Shown: positions 39,620-49,093 of the stretch, piece after piece
Numbering within the stretch: position 1 is the stretch's first letter
Layout: every line of letters starts with the position of its first letter
Source: an uncultured Thermoleophilia bacterium
GTDB taxonomy: Bacteria; Actinomycetota; Thermoleophilia; UBA2241
Assembly: GCA_963715985.1 (NCBI GenBank)
Contig: CAVQSP010000014.1
Span: 320,001 to 384,000, forward strand
Reading direction: 5' to 3'
Length of the DNA: 64,000 nt
The notes under the pieces: generated by a model
Database searches by the model: none
Seen by the model: only the letters and a program-made list of their open reading frames with translations
What the model was told of the DNA's origin: nothing
Translations under genes and position numbers: made by a program

Positions 39620-40365
39620 GTATCGAGATCCTCCCCGACGCCGAAGCTGTCGGGATGCGCGCGGCCGACCTGCTGGCCATGGCCGCCCAGGAGGCGGCGG
39701 CGGCGCGCGGCCGCTTCGCCGTCGCCCTCAGCGGCGGCGAGACGCCGCAGGTCCTGTATCGCCTGCTGGCGCGCCAGCAGTTCAGCCAGAAGGTCCCGTG
39801 GCGGCGCGTCCACCTGTATTGGGGCGACGAGCGTTGCGTGGCGCCGGACGACCCGGCCAGCAACTACGGCATGGCACGCGACACGTTCATCAAGCACGTG
39901 CCCATCGCCCCGGCCAACGTGCACCGCATGCACGGCGAGGACGAGCCGGAGGCGGCGGCGAAGGCCTACGAGGCCGAGCTCCGGGCGCTGGCTGCCCAGG
40001 AGCGGCCCGCCAGCGGCACCCCGGTCTTCGACCTGGTGCTGCTGGGCCTGGGCGCCGACGGGCACACGGCGTCGCTCTTCCCGCGCAGCGACGCCCTGAC
40101 CGCCGAGGACCGCTTCTGCGTGGCCACCCAGGCGCCGGACGGGTCGCCGCGCCTCACCGTCACGGCGCCGGTCATCAACGCCGCGCGCCGCGTGTGGTTC
40201 CTCGTGAGCGGCGCCGGCAAGGCCGGCATGCTGGCCGAAGTCCTGGAGGGTCTGCGGGCGCCGCTGGCCGTGCCCGCTCAGGGCGTGGCGCCGGTGCACG
40301 GCACGCTCACCTGGCTCATCGACGAAGCTGCGGCCGCCGAGCTCAGCCCAAACGTGACCGGCTGA
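39616..40365 (+). CDS. pgl: 6-phosphogluconolactonase
   Basis: ALSGGETP, WGDERCV, LGLGADGHTASLFP. Confidence 0.93.
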   Translation: MSIEILPDAEAVGMRAADLLAMAAQEAAAARGRFAVALSGGETPQVLYRLLARQQFSQKVPWRRVHLYWGDERCVAPDDPASNYGMARDTFIKHVPIAPANVHRMHGEDEPEAAAKAYEAELRALAAQERPASGTPVFDLVLLGLGADGHTASLFPRSDALTAEDRFCVATQAPDGSPRLTVTAPVINAARRVWFLVSGAGKAGMLAEVLEGLRAPLAVPAQGVAPVHGTLTWLIDEAAAAELSPNVTG

Positions 40366-40433
40366 GGGGCCCGCGCGCCGGCAGCCGGCCGCGTGTCGGC
40401 GCATCACCGCTCGTGACGAAGGAAGGAGAAGAC

Positions 40434-40716
40434 ATGTCCGACAGCTACGACGTCCTCGCTGCCGACGGCTCGGTGCTGCAGTACCGGGCGGACCAGTTCA
40501 GCGAGTTCACCGAGGCGCGCTCGCGCGAGCAGCACGACAAGCTCGTCGCCGACGGCTGGCTGGCCCTCGACGAGCGCATCGAGACGGGGGAGATGCCCGA
40601 ACACCCGTCGGCGCTCGAGGAGGCGTTCACCGAGCACGTCGTGCCCGCCCGAGCCTGCACCGCACATCACGGTGTTCATCCTCGGGCGCCTCAAGCCCGG
40701 GGAAGAGGGCGCTTAA
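40434..40716 (+). CDS. Small hypothetical protein (apparent frameshift)
   Basis: RBS AAGGAG, strong GC3 bias; TAA at 40714 in a shifted frame. Confidence 0.45.
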
Positions 40717-40774
40717 GGTCGTCTGAGGAGCGGGGCGCGAGGGCGCGTCGGCGGCGCCGCTCGCGCCGCGCCGA

Positions 40775-40815
40775 GTATCGATACGACAGACGTCATACCA
40801 TTGAGCTATCGATAG
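40775..40815. promoter_or_regulatory. Two TATCGATA-core palindromes, probable antitoxin operators
   Basis: GTATCGATAC (40775) and CTATCGATAG (40806) upstream of the AbrB-VapC pair. Confidence 0.6.
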
Positions 40816-40854
40816 GGTAGCGGTATGATGACGGTGAGCGACGAGGAGGTCTCC

Positions 40855-41064
40855 GTGGCGCGCGCCGTCATCTCACCCAAGTTCCAGATCGTGATCCCCA
40901 AAGAGATCCGTGAGCGGCTGGACCTCAGGCCCGGCCAGCAGGTGGCGCTCATCGAGCGCCAAGGGCTCATCACCATCGTCCCGCAGCGGCCCATCAGCGA
41001 GCTGAGGGGGATCCTCAAGGGCGCGCCGACCAACGACTATCGCGACGAGACCGACAGGTTCTGA
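40855..41064 (+). CDS. AbrB/MazE/SpoVT-family antitoxin
   Basis: ISPKFQIVIPKEIRERLDLRPGQ. Confidence 0.88.
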   Translation: MARAVISPKFQIVIPKEIRERLDLRPGQQVALIERQGLITIVPQRPISELRGILKGAPTNDYRDETDRF

Positions 41065-41075
41065 GGGCACTCGAG

Positions 41076-41454
41076 ATGCGGGTACTGGACTCGTCCGTCT
41101 GGGTGGAGTTCTACGCCGGCGGCGCCTTGGCTGCTCGGTGCGAGCCTCTTGTGCGCAACGAGCGCGAGATCGTGACGCCGGCTCAGGTGCTGTACGAGGT
41201 CTATCGCTGGGCGCGGCGTCACGGCGACGACACCGTCGCCATGGAGATCGTGTCTCACCTGGAATACACGCGCTTCGCCCCCGTCGATGTCACCACAGCA
41301 ATCGTCGCCGTCGACCTGAGTCTGGATCACGGTCTGGCGGCGGCCGACGCACTCATCTATGCTGTGGCGCGCCTTGAAGGGTGCGAACTCGTCACGCTGG
41401 ACGGCGCACTTTAGCGGCCTTCCGGGGGTCGTTCTGATCGAGGCCGAACAGTGA
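41076..41454 (+). CDS. vapC: VapC/PIN-domain toxin (frameshift near the end; as read it stops at 41414)
   Basis: VLDSSVWVEF, VLYEV, LAAADALIYAVA, LVTLD. Confidence 0.85.
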
Positions 41455-41502
41455 GCTGCGCGCCACCGATGTCTAGGTTCCCGGCCTCGGTGGTAAACTC
41501 GT

Positions 41503-41888
41503 GAGGCAAGCCAGGTGGCCGCGGCGGCCCCGCGTCACGATCCTCTTCGGAGCTCGTGAGGCGCCCGTCGAGGAAAGTCCGGACACCGCAGAGCAGGGCG
41601 CTGGCTAACGGCCAGCCGGGGAAACCCGAGGGAAAGCGCAACAGAGAGCAGACCGCCAGCGGCCCCTTTCGAGGGGTGCGGGTAAGGGTGAAACGGTGAG
41701 GTAAGAGCTCACCAGCGGTCCTGGTGACAGGCCGGCTCGGCAAGCCCCGCCCGGTGCAAGGCCAAATAGGGGAGTGTTTGAGGGTTGCTCGCCCGAGACT
41801 CCCGGGTTCCGGCCGCATGAGGCGCGCGGCAACGTGCGTCCCAGATGGATGGTCACCCACGACAGGATCCGGCTTACGGCTTGCTACT
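41503..41888 (+). ncRNA. rnpB: RNase P RNA, bacterial type A
   Basis: GAGGAAAGTCCGGACACC, GGAAAGCGCAACAGA, AAGGGTGAAACGGTG.GGTAAGAGC, CAAGGCCAAATAGG, ACAGGATCCGGCTTA; P1 GCAAGCC/GGCTTGC. Confidence 0.97.
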
Positions 41889-41889
41889 G

Positions 41890-41924
41890 AAAGGCCCCTC
41901 GTTCCAGCTGGACGAGGGGCCTTT
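41890..41924. terminator. Bidirectional intrinsic terminator hairpin
   Basis: AAAGGCCCCTCGT-loop-ACGAGGGGCCTTT between rnpB and a convergent gene. Confidence 0.8.
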
Positions 41925-41936
41925 CCATTGCCGGGC

Positions 41937-42212
41937 TCACCGCGCCACGGTCTCGACTTCATCGACCACAGAAGGGCCATAGCTGTCGCTGAAGCGCTCA
42001 AGGACGCCCGACGCCAGCAGCCGGCTGCGAGCGGTTAGGGCGTCCTCTCGCGAGCCGTACTCGATCTGGATGTACACCTCACCGGGGTCGTCCAGCGTGC
42101 GGAAGATCCGGTAGCCGCGAGCCGCCTCGCGGGCGCGGGGCACGTCCTTGTCGAACGACTGCTTCCAAGCGGAGTACTCGCCGACGTTTATGCGGGTGAT
42201 GATGAACGCCAT
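41937..42212 (-). CDS. Small dimeric alpha/beta-barrel (cyclase/ABM-like) protein
   Basis: VGEYSAWKQSFDKD, YRIFRTLDDPGEV; divergent from TetR. Confidence 0.7.
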   Translation of the reverse strand: MAFIITRINVGEYSAWKQSFDKDVPRAREAARGYRIFRTLDDPGEVYIQIEYGSREDALTARSRLLASGVLERFSDSYGPSVVDEVETVAR

Positions 42213-42287
42213 CGGTGGCCTTTCGACGGCAGCGCCAGACAGATCATGACGCTGGCAGAGTATTGATTACAGTGATACTATACCCAA

Positions 42288-42932
42288 ATGGCGGACGAGC
42301 AGAAACGGAGCTACGACTCGCCGCGGCGGCGGCGGCAGGCGGCCGACACCAGGAGCGACATCCTCGAAGCTGCGCTGCGGCGCTTCGCGGCGAAGGGGTA
42401 CGCCGGCACGTCGATGGCGGCGATCGCCGCGGACGCCGGCGTCGCCGCGAAGACGGTCTACCTCGCGTTCGGCTCCAAGAGCGGTCTCCTGCTGGCCCTG
42501 TGGCACCGGCTGCTGCGTGGCGACGAAGAGCCGGTGCCGGTCGGCGAGCGCGCGTGGTATCGCGAGGTCCTCGAGGAGACGGACCCCCGCGGTGTACTAC
42601 GTCTCAACGCGCGCAATTCGAGAGCGGTCAAGGAACGAGCCGGGACGCTGCTCGAGGTCCTGCGCGGAGCCGCGCAGGTCGATCCGCCGGTCCAGGCATT
42701 GTGGCGGCGTATCGAGCGCGAGTTCTACGAGAACCAGCGCGCCGTGGTCGTGAGACTCGAGGAGATCGGGGCGCTGCGTCGCGGCCTGGACGCGGCGCGT
42801 GGCGCCGACATCCTGTGGACGCTCAACCACCCCGCCGTGTACGCGTTGCTGGTGGGGGAGCGTGGCTGGACGGCGGCCGAGTACGAGGAGTGGCTGGCGG
42901 ACGGCTCGTGCGCGCAGCTGCTCCAGCCCTGA
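42288..42932 (+). CDS. TetR/AcrR-family regulator
   Basis: RSYDSPRRRRQAADTR..GYAGTSMAAIAADAGVAAKTVYLAFGSK. Confidence 0.92.
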   Translation: MADEQKRSYDSPRRRRQAADTRSDILEAALRRFAAKGYAGTSMAAIAADAGVAAKTVYLAFGSKSGLLLALWHRLLRGDEEPVPVGERAWYREVLEETDPRGVLRLNARNSRAVKERAGTLLEVLRGAAQVDPPVQALWRRIEREFYENQRAVVVRLEEIGALRRGLDAARGADILWTLNHPAVYALLVGERGWTAAEYEEWLADGSCAQLLQP

Positions 42933-42962
42933 TCCTCGCGGCCGCGCATCGCGGCCGCCGGC

Positions 42963-43673
42963 TCAGTGTGGTCGAGCGGCCACGGCTTTCTGGACTGTGC
43001 GCGAGGCGCGAGCAGTGCCCTCGCCGATCGCCATGCCTACGAGTGCCCCGGCCAGCACGTCGCCCGGGTAGTGCACGCCCGTGTGCACGCGCGAGTACGC
43101 CACCACGGCCGCCAGGGTGCGGAGGGGCAGGCCGAGCTCGGGCCGGGAGGCGGCCACGGCCTGCGCGAAGGCGAAGCCCGAGGCCGAGTGCCCGGAGGGG
43201 AAGGACGCCGAGTCAGGCATGCGCACGTGGCGGTCGGCCACGGCCTCGTGTGTGCCGCGGTCGGGCCGCTCGCGCCGGCCGACGTACTTGAGCGGCACAT
43301 TGACGATGAACGAGTTGAGGCCCACGGCGGCCGCGCCGGTGACGGCGGCGCGGCGACCCGACCTGCCACCGAAGGCGAACAGCGCGGCGGCGATCACGAG
43401 CCAGAGCTTGGAGTGGTTCGCGAACCGCGAGAGGCGGCGTAGCGGCACGTCGAGCGTGGGCGTGGGCGTGCCCTCCACGGCGCGGTAGACGGCGAGGTCG
43501 ACGGCCTTGAGCTCGTCGAGCACGCGCTTCGGCAGCGACCGGGGTGGCTGTGGGCGTGCCTCGCCTGCGTCCTCCGGTGGGACGCCGTTGACGCTGGGGT
43601 CGTCTGACTGGCCGTCGTCGGTCACAGCGGCGATGCTACCATCGCGCCGGCGACCGGGCGAGGGCTCAGACAC
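42963..43673 (-). CDS. PAP2-family phosphatase
   Basis: KYVGRRERP, SFPSGHSAS, YSRVHTGVHYPGDV. Confidence 0.9.
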   Translation of the reverse strand: MSEPSPGRRRDGSIAAVTDDGQSDDPSVNGVPPEDAGEARPQPPRSLPKRVLDELKAVDLAVYRAVEGTPTPTLDVPLRRLSRFANHSKLWLVIAAALFAFGGRSGRRAAVTGAAAVGLNSFIVNVPLKYVGRRERPDRGTHEAVADRHVRMPDSASFPSGHSASGFAFAQAVAASRPELGLPLRTLAAVVAYSRVHTGVHYPGDVLAGALVGMAIGEGTARASRTVQKAVAARPH

Positions 43674-44997
43674 CGCCGACCGGGCGCCCGAGGGCGACGC
43701 GCCACACGTCCGCCGTCAGCGAGCGCAGGGGCTTTGAGCGCGCCGCGGGCGAGTAGCCGATCGCCTGGGCGTGCAGCCGGATGCGCAGCACGCGCGGACG
43801 CGACGAGAACACGAGCGGAGGTTCCATCTCCAGCGACTCGCCATCCAGGCCCACGGCGATGGGCGAGGCCGAGTCCACCGTGAGCGCCCGGGTGCTCCAG
43901 GCGAGGTAGCCGTCGTAGCGGTCGGGCCGGCCGGCTGCGAACTCGGCGATGAACGTAGTGGCGGCCAGGGCGTTGGGGACGAGCAGGGCGAAGACGCCGA
44001 GCGTGCCGGTGTCCAGCCGGGGGCGCGAGGCGATCGTCCCGATGGTCGTGCCGTAGGGCCCGTTCGAGATCTGCAGCACGTGGGCGCCCTCGTGCACGGC
44101 GCCGTCGGGGTCGGTGAAGCGCAGGTCGAAGGGCTCGGAGTCGGGGCCGAGCATCTCCGGCAGAGCCGCCAGCGTGGTCTCTCGCTTGGCATCGCGATAC
44201 TCGGGCGAACTGACGATCGTCGCGTAGAGACCCAGAGAGACGTTGTTCACGAACACGCGGCCGTTGACGTCGGCGAGGTCGATGGCGTGCTCGAAGGCCT
44301 CGCCGTACGCGTCGAGCGCCCCGATCACGTCCGTGCGGTCCAGGCCGAGGTCCAGGGCGAAGTGGTTGCGCGTCCCCGCCGGCACGACGACCATCGGCAC
44401 GCCGCGCTCTGCGGCGATGCTGGCGACGAGGGCCTGAGAGCCGTCCCCGCCGGCCATGCCGATCACGTCGGTCCCGCGGTCGATGGCGTCCCGCGCGAGC
44501 TGGAGCAGGTCATCGCCGGGCGTGAGCACCACCGGCTCGATCCCGCGTGCTTTGCACTCGTCGACGAGGTGGAACCGCTCCGCCTTCCCGCCCCCCGACT
44601 TGAGGTTCATGATCAGCGTGCCGCGCCGGGCCGCGGGCACCGGTGTGCCCGGTGTGGCGCTCTGCTTGAGGGTGCGCACGTCGCGGGACAGCGAGTACTT
44701 CGCCAGACCCGCGGCGATCAGCAGGGCCGCGACCCTTACGGCCAAAGAGAGGATGCTCAGGCGGCCCTTGGAGACCTCGGCCAGGACGATCCCGGCGGTC
44801 GCGGCCACGGCCACGGCCACGCCCACCCACCGCCACGCTCCCTTGCGCGTGAGCGCGTCCCAGACGGCGATGCCGACGATCACGAGCAGGGCGGCCTGGA
44901 GGAGGAAGAGCAGCGGCTGGTCCAGGATGACGGCCAGTGTCGTCGCGAGCACTGCGACGACGATCACGATGGCGGCCAGCGCCGCCACGCGGCGCAT
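43666..44997 (-). CDS. Diacylglycerol-kinase-family protein with N-terminal TM helices (start uncertain)
   Basis: MNLKSGGG, AGGDGS, PAGTRNHFALDLG, VFVNNVSLG, GLDGE. Confidence 0.9.
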   Translation of the reverse strand: MRRVAALAAIVIVVAVLATTLAVILDQPLLFLLQAALLVIVGIAVWDALTRKGAWRWVGVAVAVAATAGIVLAEVSKGRLSILSLAVRVAALLIAAGLAKYSLSRDVRTLKQSATPGTPVPAARRGTLIMNLKSGGGKAERFHLVDECKARGIEPVVLTPGDDLLQLARDAIDRGTDVIGMAGGDGSQALVASIAAERGVPMVVVPAGTRNHFALDLGLDRTDVIGALDAYGEAFEHAIDLADVNGRVFVNNVSLGLYATIVSSPEYRDAKRETTLAALPEMLGPDSEPFDLRFTDPDGAVHEGAHVLQISNGPYGTTIGTIASRPRLDTGTLGVFALLVPNALAATTFIAEFAAGRPDRYDGYLAWSTRALTVDSASPIAVGLDGESLEMEPPLVFSSRPRVLRIRLHAQAIGYSPAARSKPLRSLTADVWRVALGRPVGGV

Positions 44998-45171
44998 GGC
45001 CGTCGGGCGGCGCGACGCGCCGCTCACGCGCGTGCCTCGCCGCTGTCTGTGCTTCGTCTCACCGTCTCCTCCGCCCTGGCTCACGTGACGACGCGATTGC
45101 TGGCACAGAATGGACGTTGCAGGCACGCGTCCTGGCTTGGTCCGATTCGCGCGCCCGGGTATGCTCGCGCC

Positions 45172-45741
45172 ATGCGACCGACCGCCACACGGCTGGCTGC
45201 CTCACTCGGGCTCGCACCCCACCCCGAGGGCGGGTACTTCCTCGAGACGTATCGCGCTGCCCACACGCTCAGCACGCCGCGTGGCGAGCGGGCGGCGTCG
45301 ACCGCGATCATCTTCCTGGTCACGCAGGACTCGGTCAGCCGCCTGCATCGTCTCGCCGGCGACGAACTGTGGGTCTACCAGGGGGGGCTGCCGCTCGAAC
45401 TGGTGACCATCGACGTCCAGGGCGCGCTGGAACGGCGCGTGCTCGGGGACCTGGAGGAGATCGTCCGCAGCCGCGATCACGCCGTGCCGGCCACGGAGGA
45501 GGTCCCGGTGGGATCGCCGGAGGGGTCGCGGGACTGGCTGACGCAGGCGCTGGTGCCGGCGGGCAGCTGGCAGGGCGCCCGCATCGCGGGCGGCCCGCAC
45601 CTGCCGGCCGAGTACGCCTGGGCGCTGGTCAGCTGCATCGTCACCCCCGGCTTCGACTACGCCGACTTCGAGATCGGCGAGCGTGAGGCGCTGCTCGCCT
45701 CTTACCCGCAGCACGAGGGGACGATCCTCGAGCTGACCTGA
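45172..45741 (+). CDS. DUF985 cupin_5 protein
   Basis: LAPHPEGGYFLETYR, SRLHRL, LVSCIVTPGFDYADF. Confidence 0.88.
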   Translation: MRPTATRLAASLGLAPHPEGGYFLETYRAAHTLSTPRGERAASTAIIFLVTQDSVSRLHRLAGDELWVYQGGLPLELVTIDVQGALERRVLGDLEEIVRSRDHAVPATEEVPVGSPEGSRDWLTQALVPAGSWQGARIAGGPHLPAEYAWALVSCIVTPGFDYADFEIGEREALLASYPQHEGTILELT

Positions 45742-45834
45742 GGGCGGAGGGACCCGGCTGCCGTCTGCCCCGCGGCGCCGCCGCCGCGGGGCCCGCCCGG
45801 GTCCGTCCGGACCCCGTGATACGCTCGCCGCCGT

Positions 45835-48800
45835 ATGAGCGAAGAGACGGATCAGGACTCGCGGGCGGCTCTCGAGCGGCCGCTTCCCGGAGCTGGAGGA
45901 CGCGCTCTGCGAGCGGGTCCGCGAGCTCCGCGGCGGCGGGCGGCTCGACCCCCTCGCGGTCGTCGTCGGTTCGGCGGCCGTCCGCACGAGGGTCGGCGAC
46001 CTCCTCGTGCGCCGTCTCGGCGCCGTGGCCAACGTGCGGGTCGTCACGCTCGCGCGGTTCGCCGCCGACCTCGTCGCGCAAGGCGGCGCGGCGGCGCCTG
46101 ACGCGCTCGGTGGCCTCGCGCGTGAGCGCCTCGTGCGCCGTACTCGTCGCAGCCCGGCCGGACCTCGGGTACTTCGCCCCGGTCGCCCAGCGGCCGCACT
46201 TCGCGCAGGCGCTGGCGGCCACGTTCGCCGATCTCCGGGAGGCCTGCGTCGCGCCGGACGCGCCGTGGGCCGAGGCCGTCGCCGAAGCGGCCACCGGGGA
46301 GTCCGCGCAGGCAAAGGCCGCAGATCTCGCACGGCTCTACAGCGACTACTGCGCCGGACTCGAGCGGCGCGGCCTCACGGACGCCGCCGGCGTGCAGCGC
46401 GCGGCCGCGGCTATCATCGCCGCCGGTCCAGGAGGCGCGGGTCCGCCGCCCGCGCACGTCATCGTCTACGGTCTGTACGACCTCAACCAGGCGCAGGAGC
46501 AGCTCCTCCGCGCGCTCGTCGCCGCGGGCGCCGACGTGTTTGTCCCGGTGCCCCGCGGAGGGACTCGCGACATGCGCGGCCGCGCTGGCCGCCGCCGTCT
46601 CGGCCGGTCTCCGCGAGAAGCGGCTGCAGGCTCCGCCGTCCGCGTGCAACCGCGATGCCGTCGCCGCCGTCTGGGCCGTGCGCGGCGAGGGCGACGTCGC
46701 GGCGGACCGGCTCCGTCTCGAGCAGGACGACCCCAGCCTGGCCGTGGTCTCGGTCAGCGACCAGCGCGCGGAGATGCGCGAGGCCGCCCGCGAAGTCCTC
46801 GCCGCGATAGGGGAGGGTGGAGCGGCCGCATGGGACTGCGCCGTCGTCGTCCCGCACGGCGACGACGTCGAGCACGCGGCGGCCGCACTCAAAGGGGCGG
46901 GCCTTCCGGTCGCTTGCCGTCTTCCGGACCGCTCCGCCGGTCCGCGCGTGCTCCTTCGACTCGCGGACTGTCTCGCTCCACAGGCCGGCGGCGCCTTCGC
47001 GCGGCGAGCCGTCGTCGACCTCCTCACTGCGGCCGGTCTGCGCGAGGGAGCTTCCGAGGCCGGCGACGCGGCCCTGTGGCTCGACGAGGCGCGTCAGGCC
47101 GGAGTGGTGAGCGGTCTCGACCAGTGGACCGAGCGCCTGCCGCGCCACGTGGCAGGCCTGCACCAGCGGGTCGCCTCTCTGACTGCGCGGGGCGAGGCCG
47201 GGGCAGGCGAGGAGGACGACGCGCCGTACAAGCTCGCCGTCGCCCGTTCGCGTCTTGACGCCGCGAGGGCTCTCGAGGCCACCGTCTCGGCGCTGGCCGG
47301 CGCGTGTGCCGAGCCGCCCGCTCCCGCTGCCTGGGGCCAGTGGGCCGAGTTCTTCGCCCGCGTGGTGGAGGCTGTCTTCGACCCAGCTGTCGCGGACGCG
47401 GCGCGCGATGCAGCGGCACGGCTTCACGCTCTCGCCGTGCTGGGCGAGGAGGTCGAGCTCGTCGAGGCTGCGCTCGCTCTCCGCGACGTGCTGGCCGGCG
47501 CCGGCCTCCCGCACGGCAGGGTGGGCCGCGACGGGGTAGCGGTGCTTACGCCGCTCGAGCTTCGCGGCCTCAGCTTCCACACGGTGGTGTTCACCGGCCT
47601 CGCGGCCGGCGGGTTCCCGTCGCGCGGCCGCCCGGATCCGCTGTTCGGCGACGCCGAGCGGCGGGCGGTCGCCGACGCGCTCGGCGTGCGGCTTCCGCTC
47701 GCCGAGCTGCGCGACGCCGAGTCCACGCTGCTCTTCGCGTTCTGCTGCGAGGCGGCCCGTGACCGCCTCGTCCTCCTCGCGCCCCGGTCGGACGCGACCG
47801 ACGGGAGGCCACGCCTGCCCTCCCGGGTCCTGTTGCGGTTGGCCTCGCTGGCGGCAGGCGCCCCTGTCGGCGTGGACGAGTTCCTCGCCGGCGACCCGCT
47901 GCGGCCCGTGTGGCGGCGCACATCGGGTGCCCCGCGCTTTGAAGGGGGCGGGGTGTGGGTGGACCGGCGCGAGCGCGACACGGCAGCCCTGCTCGCCTTC
48001 ACGGCCGCCGGGCGGCGCGCGGCCGCCCGCGAGTACCTCGCCGGCGTGATCGGCGACGACGCCGTCGTGGCACGAAGGCTCGGTGCCTGGCGCTCCGCGT
48101 CAAGCCCCTTGCCGGGGCCGTGGGACGGCCTCCTGGGCGAGGACGCCCGCCGTGAGCTTGCGGCGCGTCACCCCTTCACCGGCGAGCTGTCGCCCACGGC
48201 GCTCGAGCGGTACGTCTCGTGTCCGTTCGCCTATCTGCTGCAGAACGTCTTCGGGATGAGGGCCCCGGAGGAGCCTGCCGACGCGCTCGAGATGGACGCG
48301 GCCGAGTTCGGCAGCCTCGCGCACGCCATCCTGCACGATGTCTACGCGCGCGTCATCGAAGGCGATCTCGGGGCCGACGAGGCAGGGGAGGCGCTCGAGC
48401 ATGCCTGGGGCCTGCGGTGCGCGGAGGCCGAACGCGACGGGGTCACCGGGGCGGCGCTCGCCTGGGAGGTCCGCCGCGCCGTGCTTCTCGAGGACCTGCG
48501 CGAGTCGCTGCGCCGCGATCCCGTCTTCGCGTCGGCCGACGGCCGCCCGCTGCACGTGGAGTGGAGCTTCGGCGAGAAGGCACGGGCGGCCCGTCGCGCT
48601 CGAGCTGGAGGACGGCTTCACCGTCCGGTTCAGGGGGCGGCTGGACCGGGTGGACGTCACCGCGTCGGGCGCGCGCGTCATCGACTACAAGTCGGGCGGC
48701 GGCGGCACCGAGCGCAACCGTCTCAAGGAGGGCCTCAGCGTCCAGCTTCCCGTGTACATGCTGGCGGTGCGTCAGACCGCGGACGAGGACTACCCGGCCG

Positions 48801-49093
48801 TCTCCTGCCTCTATCGGCTCGTCACGCGTCGCGGAGGCTTCGAGGACCTGCCGCTGCCCCAGGACGAGCAGGACGCCGAGGCGCGCCTGCGGCGCCTCGT
48901 CGGCGGCGCCGTACGGCTGGTCGGCGACGGCCTGTTCCCGCGCACCACGCGCCAGCGCTGCGAGTACTGCGATGTGAGCTATGCGTGCGGCACCGCTGCC
49001 TGGGTGCGCGCGCGCAAGCGCGAGGCGGCTGCGCTCGCGCCGGTGGTCGCCCTGCAGGCCCCTGAGCACAAGGGGGACGGCGATGGCTCCTGA
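45835..49093 (+). CDS. AddB-like subunit with PD-(D/E)XK nuclease and Fe-S Cys motifs (several apparent frameshifts)
   Basis: LSPTALERYVSCPF, FGSLAHAIL, RGRLDRVD, VIDYKSG, QLPVY, CEYCDVSYAC. Confidence 0.82.

Noticed and set aside
40775-41454. AbrB-VapC pair as an outlying integron cassette or island at rnpB
   Set aside because: No attC, direct repeat or integrase is nearby, so it looks like an ordinary solo TA locus.
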